From positions 9,525 through 73,524 of the forward strand of contig JBBINR010000013.1 in assembly GCA_037443785.1 (NCBI GenBank): a stretch of DNA of 64,000 bases. The letters are read 5' to 3'. This DNA comes from Ignavibacteriales bacterium. GTDB lineage: Bacteria > Bacteroidota > Ignavibacteria > UBA10030 > UBA8401. Of this stretch, positions 1 through 9,777 are shown piece by piece (position 1 is the first letter of the stretch; every line of letters begins with the position of its first letter). Position numbers and translations under genes: made by a program. The notes below the pieces were generated by a model. The model searched no databases. It worked only from the letters and a program-made list of their open reading frames with translations, and was not told the origin of the DNA.

Positions 1-1
1 A

Positions 2-835
2 GGAATCTCGCAAACGCTGGCAACTTCAGGTATCGAAGTTGTCGCCGTGGAAAAGTCAGAAAAAAGACTCGAACATCAATTACGAATGTTAGATGAATCG
101 CTTGAAAACGAAATTCATCGTTGGACTATGACCAAAAGCGAAAAACGGGCGATTCTTGCTCGAGTAAAAGGAACCACAACTCTCTCTTCTGTGGCATCCG
201 TACCGGTTGTCATTGAAGCGGTTGATGAAAGTTTTGAATTAAAGAAAAAGCTATTCCAAGAATTGGATTCGATTTGTGATCCGAACGTTATTATCGTTTC
301 TAACACTTCTACATTGAATCTTTCAAAACTTGCTGCCGCAACAAAACGGGCAGACAAAGTAATTGGAATGCATTTTCTCAATCCCGTACCCAAAGTTCCA
401 CTCGTAGAACTTGTTCGTGGTATGAAAACATCTGATGAGACATTCAGGCTAATAAAAAAACTGGCTGGCAAATTAGGGAAAACTCCTATTGAAGTTTTTG
501 AATATCCTGGATTCGTGACAACAAGGGTCATTATTCCCCTGCTCAACGAATCGATGTATATTCTTATGGAAGGAGTTGCGACCGCAGAAAGCATTGACAC
601 GGCAATGCGGTTAGGATATGAATTCCGTTATGGTCCTTTAGAACTTGCCGACATGATGGGATTGGATGAAGTTCTCGCGTGGATGGAATCTTTATTCCAT
701 GAACTTGGCGAAGCAAAATATCGTCCATGCCCGTTGCTAAGACAAATGGTCCGTAAAGGCAAATTGGGGAAAAAAGTTGGCGAGGGCTTTTTTAAATATA
801 ATGAACAGGGTAAAAGAATATTAGAAACGTTATAA
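2..835 (+). CDS. hbd: 3-hydroxyacyl-CoA (3-hydroxybutyryl-CoA) dehydrogenase, C-terminal part; the 5' end is cut off by the window start
   Basis: The reading frame is open from nt 2 (GISQTLATSGIEVV...), upstream of the ORF-track start at 47. The product has Hbd C-terminal dimerisation-domain motifs (GFVTTRVIIPLLNE, YGPLELADMMGLD). The N-terminal NAD-binding GxGxxG region must lie upstream of the window. Confidence 0.8.
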   Translation, partial: GISQTLATSGIEVVAVEKSEKRLEHQLRMLDESLENEIHRWTMTKSEKRAILARVKGTTTLSSVASVPVVIEAVDESFELKKKLFQELDSICDPNVIIVSNTSTLNLSKLAAATKRADKVIGMHFLNPVPKVPLVELVRGMKTSDETFRLIKKLAGKLGKTPIEVFEYPGFVTTRVIIPLLNESMYILMEGVATAESIDTAMRLGYEFRYGPLELADMMGLDEVLAWMESLFHELGEAKYRPCPLLRQMVRKGKLGKKVGEGFFKYNEQGKRILETL

Positions 836-859
836 CTCTCGAAATGGAAATTTAAGGAA

Positions 860-2068
860 ATGAATATATTAGTTTTAAATTGCGGCAGTTCATCGGTAAA
901 ATATCAACTTATCGATGTTGATAAAAAAACATTCCTCGCGAAAGGAATTGTTGATCGCGTCGGCATGAGCGGTGCGGTTCTTACCAACACTCGCTCAGAT
1001 GGCGACGAAATCAAAATTAGCGGTGATATTCTCGATCATACAATAGCAATTGAATACATCCTTGCAGTTCTTCTCAGCAAAAATCACGGCGTCATCGCAT
1101 CCAAAGATGAGATTCATGCCGTCGGTCACCGCGTCGTGCACGGCGGAGAGACATTCACAACTTCGGTATTGATCGATGATGATGTGATCAAAGGAATCAG
1201 AGATAATTTTGAAATTGCGCCGCTTCATAATCCGCACAACCTCCGCGGAATAAATGCCTGTCAGGCACATTTACCAAATATTCCTCAAGTGGGTGTCTTC
1301 GACACGGCATTTCATCACGAAATTCCTGCGCATGCGTACGTCTACGGACTTCCATATTCATTTTATTCTCAACACAAAATCCGGCGATATGGATTTCATG
1401 GAACAAGTCATGAATTTGTGGCACAACGCGCCTCTGAACTCGTACGAAAAGATATTAAGAAATTAAAAATTATCACCTGCCATCTCGGAAATGGATGCAG
1501 TATGGCTGCCATCGATAAAGGAATTTCTATTGATACATCAATGGGCTTTACCCCTCTGGAAGGCTTGCTGATGGGAACACGCAGCGGCGATGTTGATCCA
1601 TCGGTAATTCTTTACATTATGGCAAAAGAAGGGTTAAATTATTCCGAAGCGAACACGCTTCTCAACAAACACAGCGGGTTGCAGGGAATCTCCGGCGTCA
1701 GCAGCGACATGCGCGAAATTGTTTCCGAAATGAACCAGGGAAATAAAAAAGCAAAGTTAGCGTTCGATGTCTTTTGCTACAGAATAAAAAAATACGTCGG
1801 ATCGTATATTGCCGCCCTTGGAGGATTGGATGTGCTGGTCTTTACGGGAGGAATTGGCGAAAACAGCCCCGATGTCCGCAAAGCAGTATGTGAAAACATG
1901 GAATATCTCGGTATTGATATCGAAAAAACTCCGAACACTTCAAAGGACAAAGAAAAACTTGTCAGTTCATCTAAAGCGACGGTTGCGGTGTACGTTATTC
2001 CAACCAATGAAGAATTGATGATTGCAATGGAAACAAAGGAAGTGTGTAAAAGCGCTAAGAAAAAATAA
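860..2068 (+). CDS. ackA: acetate kinase
   Basis: 402 aa. The N-terminus MNILVLNCGSSSVKYQL and the internal TAFHHEIP and HLGNGCS motifs are classic acetate/propionate kinase signatures. Confidence 0.9.
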   Translation: MNILVLNCGSSSVKYQLIDVDKKTFLAKGIVDRVGMSGAVLTNTRSDGDEIKISGDILDHTIAIEYILAVLLSKNHGVIASKDEIHAVGHRVVHGGETFTTSVLIDDDVIKGIRDNFEIAPLHNPHNLRGINACQAHLPNIPQVGVFDTAFHHEIPAHAYVYGLPYSFYSQHKIRRYGFHGTSHEFVAQRASELVRKDIKKLKIITCHLGNGCSMAAIDKGISIDTSMGFTPLEGLLMGTRSGDVDPSVILYIMAKEGLNYSEANTLLNKHSGLQGISGVSSDMREIVSEMNQGNKKAKLAFDVFCYRIKKYVGSYIAALGGLDVLVFTGGIGENSPDVRKAVCENMEYLGIDIEKTPNTSKDKEKLVSSSKATVAVYVIPTNEELMIAMETKEVCKSAKKK

Positions 2069-2090
2069 TTTTTTTTACAGAATGAATTTC

Positions 2091-2124
2091 AAAGGGCGAT
2101 TTAATATCGCCCTTTTTGTTTTAA
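2091..2124. terminator. bidirectional rho-independent terminator between ackA (+) and the TauE-like gene (-)
   Basis: Hairpin aaagggcgat-ttaat-atcgcccttt flanked by an A-run on the 5' side and a T-run on the 3' side. Confidence 0.7.
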
Positions 2125-2888
2125 AGATGTTTCCCAATGAGTCGGATCGCAACAAAAATTATCGCAATCATCAATCCCCGCAACAGCCATTTTGTACGGA
2201 TTTTATGTGAGAGCTTTCCTCCTATTTGTGCTCCGAAAATTGCACCCACTCCGAGATACGGAACAAAATTCCATGCAACTTCGCCGATGAGTCCATGACT
2301 GACTGCCGCAAAGGTAGCAGAGATCGCGAGGATAAAATGAGACGTCGGGATTGCTATAAAAGGAGTGAATTTTAACACGTAAATCATCGCCGGAACATGG
2401 ACAACTCCTCCTCCAATTCCTGCCATACTCGCAAAAAAACCGACAAAGAAACTTATCACGATTCCAAGGCTCATTGAATATTGATGTGGTTGATGTAACG
2501 CTGATTTTGATGATGTCGTATCACCGTTCTCTTTTTTCGTTAACATGTAAACTGCAATTCCGATAAGACATAAACCAAAACCAATATCAAAAACTGTTTG
2601 CGAAACCATTTGAAGCAAATACGCTCCGATGAACGATCCCGGAATTGTTGCAAGCGAAAACGAAATTCCCGCGCGATAATCGATCCGTTTTTGTTTTATG
2701 TAGACAGAAGTTCCGGAAAGAGCATTGAGCGCAACGATGCACAAAGAAGTTCCCACGGCAAGCTGGGCAGATTGATGGTATACTAAGGCTAATAATGGAA
2801 CAACGATGAATCCGCCGCCGACACCAACAAGGGTTCCAAAAAAACCGACAACCGTACCGACAAAAAAAAGAAAAAATTCCTGGAACAT
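2121..2888 (-). CDS. sulfite exporter TauE/SafE family membrane protein
   Basis: 255 aa, polytopic membrane protein with Gly-rich TM helices (GTLVGVGGGFIVVPLL); duplicated 4-TM architecture typical of TauE/SafE (DUF81). Confidence 0.7.
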   Translation of the reverse strand: MFQEFFLFFVGTVVGFFGTLVGVGGGFIVVPLLALVYHQSAQLAVGTSLCIVALNALSGTSVYIKQKRIDYRAGISFSLATIPGSFIGAYLLQMVSQTVFDIGFGLCLIGIAVYMLTKKENGDTTSSKSALHQPHQYSMSLGIVISFFVGFFASMAGIGGGVVHVPAMIYVLKFTPFIAIPTSHFILAISATFAAVSHGLIGEVAWNFVPYLGVGAIFGAQIGGKLSHKIRTKWLLRGLMIAIIFVAIRLIGKHL

Positions 2889-2889
2889 A

Positions 2890-3522
2890 TTAAATCACTA
2901 TCACTTTCATTTCTCCCAGATCAACAATTGCTCTTCCCTTTGTTGTATTCGTTATTGACGTAATGACTGAATCCATTTGAGACGGCTTTACAAGAAGCGC
3001 AGCAATCGTTTCTTCCGGAGTGTACGTTGTGCGGGAAATTTTTATTTGAGTTTTATTTACCAGATTCATAATAGCGTTCGTATCGTTGAAAGAAAATCGG
3101 ACATTCAGTTCTCTCATCAATACCTTCGTAATGATTGTACATCCAAGCAGTCCATTTTGTGCAGAGTCAAAATATGCCCGGCCTAATCCTCCAACTCCTA
3201 ATTTTGTCCCGCCAAAATATCTCGTAATAACAACTATGATATCTGAAAGATTTTTGGATTGAATTGCAGAAAGGATTTTTACTCCCGCGGTTCCCGATGG
3301 CTCGCCGTCATCCGAATAGCGAACGTGCTCTCTTCCCATTCCTACCGCATAGGCAAAGCAGTGGTGGGTTGCGTCAAAATATTTTTCTTTAACCTTTTGC
3401 AGATATCCCTCTGCTTCTTCAACCGAAGTCGCAGGAAAAATATCGGCAAGAAATTTTGAACCTTCAACTTTTATTTGTGAATGAGTAATTCCTAAAATTG
3501 AACGATAGCTCTCATCCATCAT
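2890..3522 (-). CDS. yigZ: IMPACT/YigZ family protein
   Basis: 210 aa; GSKF.A...P, HHC.AY..G and YSDDGEPSGTAG motifs characteristic of UPF0029/YigZ. Confidence 0.75.
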   Translation of the reverse strand: MMDESYRSILGITHSQIKVEGSKFLADIFPATSVEEAEGYLQKVKEKYFDATHHCFAYAVGMGREHVRYSDDGEPSGTAGVKILSAIQSKNLSDIIVVITRYFGGTKLGVGGLGRAYFDSAQNGLLGCTIITKVLMRELNVRFSFNDTNAIMNLVNKTQIKISRTTYTPEETIAALLVKPSQMDSVITSITNTTKGRAIVDLGEMKVIVI

Positions 3523-4577
3523 TTGAAACTTGGGAAATAAACCGCAGCGGTAAGTCTCGCCGTAATATAATCAGCCTTTACCGTTGTTGTTCCTTTTTTG
3601 AGTTGTTTTGTATATTCGACATTGGGAATAAGATGAACTTCGGGCACGGGCATATAATCGATCCCTGCATTCACATATAGCTCCCTAAATCCAATATTTG
3701 CCTGATTAAGATCGTTGTCAAATCCATCAACCCGAAGAATCCCATGAAGAGATTTTATCATTTCAAATTTTGCATAAAGCGAGCCGCCCACGGGGACAAT
3801 ATCCTTTTTAACTCCACTGATCGTTGTATCGCTACGATTCAAACGATAAAACCCTTCTATTCCAAAGGTAAATTTGGGTATCACTACTCCGTAAAAAATT
3901 TTGGCAGTAATTCTGCTTTTACCGGAACCGATGTTTTCATAATCGGCGTATATTTCAACGATTGAAGATTTATTAAACCAATTTCCAATCGATAAAGTCA
4001 TTTTTTTTAATTTATTGGAATCAACAACGGCACCGTTTCCATTAAAAACACCGAGCCTTGCATACATTGTTCCTTGATTATTCGATTTTCCGGTAAATGT
4101 AATTCCAGCGTCAAACTCATTTGTCAGCGACAAGCGGTCAAGAACTGTTTGACCAAGAGAACGGTAATTCCAGATTTTTTCGACAGTCTCTGAAGATGGG
4201 TTTTGCATCATTCCCATCGTCACATCCAAATACGGCACAAGATTTTTTACTTCAACATTGCCCTCTTGAAATGCATTTTTACTTGCATCATACATTATAC
4301 GGGCAGAAACATTGCTATTGAACGAATATTCATATCCGATGCTTCCCCGACGAAAGCCAAACGAATTTTTCCCGGATGTTGTCTTTGTTTTATTGACAAC
4401 CTGCGGTTCCTGAATTACGTAAGAATAATCGCTGAAAATAATTCCAAAGATTCTTCCATCCGAAACAACTGCTGATGATGACTGTTTTTGTGATGATTCT
4501 TTCGAGGCAACTTTTTGCTGAGCACTTGTTGTTATAGAGATGGAGAAAAGAAGAACAAGCAAAAGAGATTGTTTCAT
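3519..4577 (-). CDS. hypothetical outer-membrane beta-barrel protein with signal peptide
   Basis: The ORF track extends to 4640, but a signal peptide (MKQSLLLVLLFSISITTSAQQ) begins at the ATG at 4577. The mature part shows an alternating beta-strand pattern. No family was recognised. Confidence 0.55.
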   Translation of the reverse strand: MKQSLLLVLLFSISITTSAQQKVASKESSQKQSSSAVVSDGRIFGIIFSDYSYVIQEPQVVNKTKTTSGKNSFGFRRGSIGYEYSFNSNVSARIMYDASKNAFQEGNVEVKNLVPYLDVTMGMMQNPSSETVEKIWNYRSLGQTVLDRLSLTNEFDAGITFTGKSNNQGTMYARLGVFNGNGAVVDSNKLKKMTLSIGNWFNKSSIVEIYADYENIGSGKSRITAKIFYGVVIPKFTFGIEGFYRLNRSDTTISGVKKDIVPVGGSLYAKFEMIKSLHGILRVDGFDNDLNQANIGFRELYVNAGIDYMPVPEVHLIPNVEYTKQLKKGTTTVKADYITARLTAAVYFPSFK

Positions 4578-4807
4578 ATCCCACCTTTTCAAGTAATTGT
4601 GAAGTTGTGAAAAAGTAATCCTTTTTAGCATGGTTATCAAGTGAAAGGTAATTACGCGAATGATGTGCCATAAAATAAAAAATCAAGCGCATCGTCAATG
4701 AGATACGGAAAAACATTCCATTTACATTTGTTTTCATAACAAAAACAGATGCGTTTGTATCTTCTTCCATATAATTGTATGTTTATTAAAAAAATCAAGG
4801 AAACTGA

Positions 4808-5944
4808 ATGAAAATCGGTATTACCTGTTATCCTACGTATGGCGGAAGCGGTGTTGTGGCTACAGAACTTGGCGTCGAACTAGCAAAACGAGGACATCAA
4901 ATTCATTTCATCAGCTACGCTCTGCCAATGCGATTAAATGGGGGGTACGAAGACAATATCTTTTATCACGAAGTCGAAATGTCTTCGTATCCATTATTTG
5001 AATTCCCGTTGTATACTCCGGCACTCGCCAGCAAAATGGTTGAAGTTATAAATTTTGAGCAATTAGATCTTCTTCATGTCCATTACGCAATTCCCCACGC
5101 TACCAGCGGCTACATCGCAAAAAAAATTGTCGAAAACAAAGACTTTCGCCTTATCACAACCTTGCATGGAACGGACATTACCTTGGTGGGATTAGAACCG
5201 AGTTTTCTTCCGGTCATGAAATTCAGTATTGAAAAAAGCGACGGCGTTACTGCCGTATCAAAATATCTAAAAGAAAAAACTTTGACGAATTATCACATCG
5301 AAAAAGATATCAGAGTCATCAACAATTTTGTCGATACAAATGAATACAAACGGAAACAGAATGCTTGTTTGAAACAAAAACTTTCCTCTGCCGAAAAGAA
5401 AATGCTCGTTCATATTTCGAATTTTAGGGCTGTCAAGCGAGTAACGGATGTGATAAAGATTTTTGATATCGTAAATAAAAAAATTCCTTCCATTCTCGTG
5501 CTCGTCGGTGATGGGCCTGAACGATCAAATTGTGAATTACTTGTTCGTGAACTTGGGTTGCAAAACTCGGTAAAGTTTCTCGGAAAGCAGCAAGAGCTGA
5601 TAGAAATTTTATCATCGGCTGATTTGTTTCTCATTCCGAGCCAATCTGAAAGTTTTGGACTTTCTGCACTCGAAGCAATGGCATGCGGTGTACCTGTCAT
5701 TTCATCCAGCGTTGGCGGATTGCCTGAAGTAGTGTTACATAATCAGACAGGATACATTGCCGAAATTGGTGATGTTGAACGGATGGCGAAATACGCAATT
5801 GATCTTCTGACCAATGAAACCAAGCACCGATTATTTGCTGCCGCAGGAAGAAAACGGGCGGAAGAATTATTCAATGTGAATAAAATTGTCGATGAATACG
5901 AACATTACTATGAGCACGTACTAAATTCGCCAAGAGTAGAATAA
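4808..5944 (+). CDS. bshA: N-acetyl-alpha-D-glucosaminyl L-malate synthase (GT4 glycosyltransferase, bacillithiol biosynthesis)
   Basis: 378 aa. The N-terminus MKIGITCYPTYGGSGVVATELG..RGH.IHFI is a near-canonical BshA signature, and the C-terminal GT4 motif ESFGLSALEAMACGVPVI is present. Confidence 0.85.
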   Translation: MKIGITCYPTYGGSGVVATELGVELAKRGHQIHFISYALPMRLNGGYEDNIFYHEVEMSSYPLFEFPLYTPALASKMVEVINFEQLDLLHVHYAIPHATSGYIAKKIVENKDFRLITTLHGTDITLVGLEPSFLPVMKFSIEKSDGVTAVSKYLKEKTLTNYHIEKDIRVINNFVDTNEYKRKQNACLKQKLSSAEKKMLVHISNFRAVKRVTDVIKIFDIVNKKIPSILVLVGDGPERSNCELLVRELGLQNSVKFLGKQQELIEILSSADLFLIPSQSESFGLSALEAMACGVPVISSSVGGLPEVVLHNQTGYIAEIGDVERMAKYAIDLLTNETKHRLFAAAGRKRAEELFNVNKIVDEYEHYYEHVLNSPRVE

Positions 5945-5947
5945 GGA

Positions 5948-6661
5948 TTACGAAGGGAATTTGAGAATGGCGACAACAATGGGTAATCCATAAAAAAATG
6001 CTTGGCCAAGCATTGAAGTAATTAAACTTCCTGTCTTCCAATACACAATACCACTGTACAATCCCACAGAAAAAGTGAGGATGATCGAAAATATCCCAAG
6101 TCCAGAGATCTGAACTGATGTAGCAAAAAATGTATAAATGACCGTCGATAGGACAATGGAAACCGGAAGTGTAAATATTTTGATCGATGAATCAACATAC
6201 TTCAACAGCACGGTCTGTCCAAACCCAAAAAAAAGAATTGTATTTGCGATCGGTGCGGACATCCAATAAATAAGGATAATGAGAAGGGAGTTTTTAATGT
6301 TTCTCTGAGCCATCTCGCTAGAAATGGCGCCATAATCCGTTCCCGCAAATTGGAATATAATTACTTCAACTATAGTGAAAAGATAAAGCCATAAAAGGAA
6401 CTTCATCGAAATTTTAAGATTTTTTGAATTAATTCCATAGCTCCACAAATGTCCTCTGGAAAGCAATACAATGGCTACAAATCCATAAACAAATTGCCAA
6501 AAATTATGCTCAAACACTTTGAACAACGAAGTGGATAATCCGTGCGGCAAAAAATCGATAAGAACATCAATGGAGGAAAATTTAACGGCACAAATAGAAA
6601 AAACAATAACCGCACACAGCGATAAAATTTTTTTAAATAATGACAAATTATTTTGTTCCAT
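5948..6661 (-). CDS. hypothetical integral membrane protein
   Basis: 237 aa, about 7 predicted TM helices, no clear catalytic motif. CPBP protease was considered, but no EExxxR motif was seen. Confidence 0.5.
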   Translation of the reverse strand: MEQNNLSLFKKILSLCAVIVFSICAVKFSSIDVLIDFLPHGLSTSLFKVFEHNFWQFVYGFVAIVLLSRGHLWSYGINSKNLKISMKFLLWLYLFTIVEVIIFQFAGTDYGAISSEMAQRNIKNSLLIILIYWMSAPIANTILFFGFGQTVLLKYVDSSIKIFTLPVSIVLSTVIYTFFATSVQISGLGIFSIILTFSVGLYSGIVYWKTGSLITSMLGQAFFYGLPIVVAILKFPS

Positions 6662-8902
6662 TTAACCCAGCACCCGCAATCGGGCGAATTTCAGCATTAA
6701 ATTTTTCAACCCTACACTTTGGAATTGCACCACCGCTTTTGATGATTCACCTTTTCCGCTCAGCTGTGTTACCTTCCCTTTTCCAAATACCTCATGTTCT
6801 ACATACGCACCAACTTTTAAGTGAATACCTTCCTGTGATTCATTCTCGTAATCCACCTCATGATCGGGAGTAAAATCAACTGATTTAGATGGAGAATATT
6901 TTTTAATCGCATTATTGTATCGCTGTCTCGCATGTTGAAGCGATGCAACGTGATTGACCGTTGCCGCAGATTTTCGTGCACTTTCCTTCTCAATCAATCG
7001 TGCATCAATTTCTGAAACGAAACGAGATAGGACCGGGTATGTCACGTCCCCGAATCGATATCTGATTCTTGTATACGTCATAAAAAGTTTTTTCATTGCA
7101 CGGGTAATGCCGACGTAACACAGCCGCCGCTCTTCTTCAAGCTCATTCGTATCCGGCGCCACTTGATACAATGGGAACAATCCTTCTTCCAATCCAGCAA
7201 TAAAGACAACAGGAAACTCTAATCCTTTTGCCGCGTGAAGTGTCATCATCGTCACTGAATTACGATCGTCAACCGTTTGATCTATCGCCGAGACAAGTGA
7301 AACCTCTTCTAAAAAGTTTTCGAGCGTTCCGAGCTCTTTCTTATCGGCAACAAATTCCGTGATAGCCGAGAGTAATTCTTGAACGTTTTCCCATCGTCCG
7401 AGGGCTTCCGGTGTTCCTTCATCCTTAAACATCCGAAGAATTCCCAGTTCGTCAACCACTGATCTGGCAATTTCGCTTGCCGACATCTGCGTTTTCATCT
7501 CGATATATTTTTGAATGAGGGTTGCGAATTGAGAAACAGCATTTTTTGTCCGATCGCTCAACGTTTCAATTGACGAAACATTCTTGACGACGTCGAACAC
7601 TGATGCATTCGTTTTTGTCGAACTCTCGATCAGTTTATCGACTGTCGTCTGTCCGATTCCTCGTGCCGGAAAATTAATGATGCGTAAAAGCGATTCTTCA
7701 TCTTTCGGATTGACAATAAGACGAAGGTACGCGAGCATATCTTTGATTTCTTTTCTTTTATAAAATTCGACACCACCAACAATAACGTACGGAATACCGG
7801 AACGGCGAAGCGCATCTTCGATCGACCGCGATTGGGCGTTGGTCCGATATAAAACCGCAAAATCTTTCAGATTCAATTTTTCTTTTGTGATCAGATCTTG
7901 AATCCGATGAGCAATCTGCATCCCCTCGGCTTTATCATCATCGGCTTCAACAAGAGTAACTTTTTCTCCTTGAGGGTTTTCCGTCCACAAAGTTTTTGAA
8001 ATCTGCGAGCGGTTATTTTTAATTACTGAATCTGCAGCGGCAAGAATTGTTTTGGTGGAGCGGTAATTCTGCTCTAACCGAAATACTTTTGCGTCAGGGT
8101 AATCGCGTTCGAAATCCAAAATATTTCTGATATCCGCTCCGCGAAACGCATAAATGCTCTGGGCATCATCTCCTACAACGCAAATATTTTTAAATTTCGA
8201 AGCCAGCATGTTGATCAAAACATATTGCGCGCGGTTCGTATCCTGATATTCATCAACCAATAAATACTTAAAACGATATTGAAATTTCTCCAGCACGCGA
8301 GGATGTTTTTTGAATAATTCAATCGGCTTTAACAGCAAATCGTCAAAATCCATCGCATTATTTTTATACAGCTTTCCCGCATATTCTTCATAGATTTTGG
8401 CAACGTTTTGTTCGAAAAAATCGCTGGCAATTTCATCATACTCGCGGGGTGACATCATTTGATTTTTTGCGCCGCTGATTCGCGACTGCACGGCACGCGG
8501 ATTAAATTGCTGCTGCGATAAATTCAAACTTGTCATGATATTTTTTATAACGCTCTGCGAGTCATCGGAATCATAGATTGTAAATGACCGCTGATAGCCG
8601 ATTGCCTCTGCTTCCTGACGAAGAATGCGTGCAAAGGTAGAATGAAACGTTCCTGCCCAAAGACTTTGGGCATGCGAACCGATCAAGCGTTCGATTCGCT
8701 CTTTCATTTCTTTGGCTGCTTTATTGGTAAATGTTAATGCAAGAATTTCATACGGAGGAATTCCGGATTCCAACAAATGGGCGATGCGATATGTTAAGAC
8801 ACGGGTTTTACCGCTTCCTGCACCGGCAACAATCATCACGGGACCTTCAACAACTGATGACGCCTGACGCTGAACAGGATTTAATTGATCTAATAGAGCC
8901 AC
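6662..8902 (-). CDS. pcrA: ATP-dependent DNA helicase PcrA/UvrD (SF1)
   Basis: 746 aa; Walker A GAGSGKT, motifs TFTNKAA, LLVDEYQDTN, VGDDAQSIYAFRGA, and a C-terminal Tudor-like tail. Confidence 0.92.
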   Translation of the reverse strand: MALLDQLNPVQRQASSVVEGPVMIVAGAGSGKTRVLTYRIAHLLESGIPPYEILALTFTNKAAKEMKERIERLIGSHAQSLWAGTFHSTFARILRQEAEAIGYQRSFTIYDSDDSQSVIKNIMTSLNLSQQQFNPRAVQSRISGAKNQMMSPREYDEIASDFFEQNVAKIYEEYAGKLYKNNAMDFDDLLLKPIELFKKHPRVLEKFQYRFKYLLVDEYQDTNRAQYVLINMLASKFKNICVVGDDAQSIYAFRGADIRNILDFERDYPDAKVFRLEQNYRSTKTILAAADSVIKNNRSQISKTLWTENPQGEKVTLVEADDDKAEGMQIAHRIQDLITKEKLNLKDFAVLYRTNAQSRSIEDALRRSGIPYVIVGGVEFYKRKEIKDMLAYLRLIVNPKDEESLLRIINFPARGIGQTTVDKLIESSTKTNASVFDVVKNVSSIETLSDRTKNAVSQFATLIQKYIEMKTQMSASEIARSVVDELGILRMFKDEGTPEALGRWENVQELLSAITEFVADKKELGTLENFLEEVSLVSAIDQTVDDRNSVTMMTLHAAKGLEFPVVFIAGLEEGLFPLYQVAPDTNELEEERRLCYVGITRAMKKLFMTYTRIRYRFGDVTYPVLSRFVSEIDARLIEKESARKSAATVNHVASLQHARQRYNNAIKKYSPSKSVDFTPDHEVDYENESQEGIHLKVGAYVEHEVFGKGKVTQLSGKGESSKAVVQFQSVGLKNLMLKFARLRVLG

Positions 8903-9069
8903 AAATACATTTCTGATTAAGGTGAAAAAGAATTGAAGAATTGATGCCGCAACAAAATACGGAAATTGCGAAGGATTAACAACACATCCATCAACCCATT
9001 TTTCTGTTGAAGCGAAATGAAAAGATTTTCGTTACATGTCTTCGTGAATACGCAAAGAGAAGATTTGCC

Positions 9070-9579
9070 TTACACCAGTAACGCACCTTCAGCGCGGAGA
9101 AGAAATTCTTTTGTTTTTATCCCTGCCGCATAACCGGTAAGAGAGCCGTCGGTACCGATCACACGATGACATGGAATAATAATGGGAATCGGATTATTTC
9201 CGTTTGCATTTCCAACGGCTTGAAATCCGCGTGGAACACCGACACGGCGTGCAAGTTGTTTATACGAAATCGTAGAACCATACGGAATATTTTTTAATTC
9301 CTTCCATACGCGTAATTGAAATGAGGTCCCGCGCAGATCCAACGGGGTAGAAAATCTTGCAAGCTTGCCGTTAAAGTAACGGATTAACTGATCGATGACT
9401 TCTTTATTGCGGCTTTTGTTCTCAACGACATCTTCCTCGTTGAAATGCGTCATGAGCCACGCAAAAAAATCTTTTTTGGTTTCTTTTGGAATGCACACCT
9501 TGCATATACCTCTGTCTGTCGAGGCAACGTAAATCGTCCCGATCTTAGAATCGAATGATGTGCAATATACTTTAGGCAT
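9070..9579 (-). CDS. ogt: methylated-DNA--protein-cysteine S-methyltransferase
   Basis: 169 aa; active-site IPCHRVIG motif and the YAAG..K motif. Confidence 0.88.
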   Translation of the reverse strand: MPKVYCTSFDSKIGTIYVASTDRGICKVCIPKETKKDFFAWLMTHFNEEDVVENKSRNKEVIDQLIRYFNGKLARFSTPLDLRGTSFQLRVWKELKNIPYGSTISYKQLARRVGVPRGFQAVGNANGNNPIPIIIPCHRVIGTDGSLTGYAAGIKTKEFLLRAEGALLV

Positions 9580-9723
9580 GATTTGAGAAACGAATTATAG
9601 TGGCTGAAAATATAGTAAAGATAGGGATTGAGGTCAAGATATTTAAAAACGAAAAAACGGAATATCATTGTAGAACATTCTGTTTGAGTCTGAAATCAGT
9701 ACAAGAATACGCTACAATGGCAG

Positions 9724-9762
9724 GGACAAAAAACCTTCCATCCTTTTAAGAATGGAAGGTTT
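9724..9762 (-). terminator. rho-independent terminator of the S9 peptidase gene
   Basis: Hairpin aaccttccatcc-ttttaa-gaatggaaggtt. In the minus orientation it is followed by a T-run (A-run 9727-9733 on the plus strand). Confidence 0.65.
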
Positions 9763-9777
9763 GAAAGGTCTCATCAC

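Noticed and set aside
115-600. A 161-aa minus-strand ORF overlapping hbd, and many similar 60-150 aa antisense or out-of-frame ORFs throughout the window (e.g. 995..1270, 14858..15217, 25476..25847, 32354..32788, 57745..58191).
   Set aside because: Each lies entirely inside a longer, well-supported gene on the other strand or frame and has no recognisable motifs. They are spurious six-frame ORFs.
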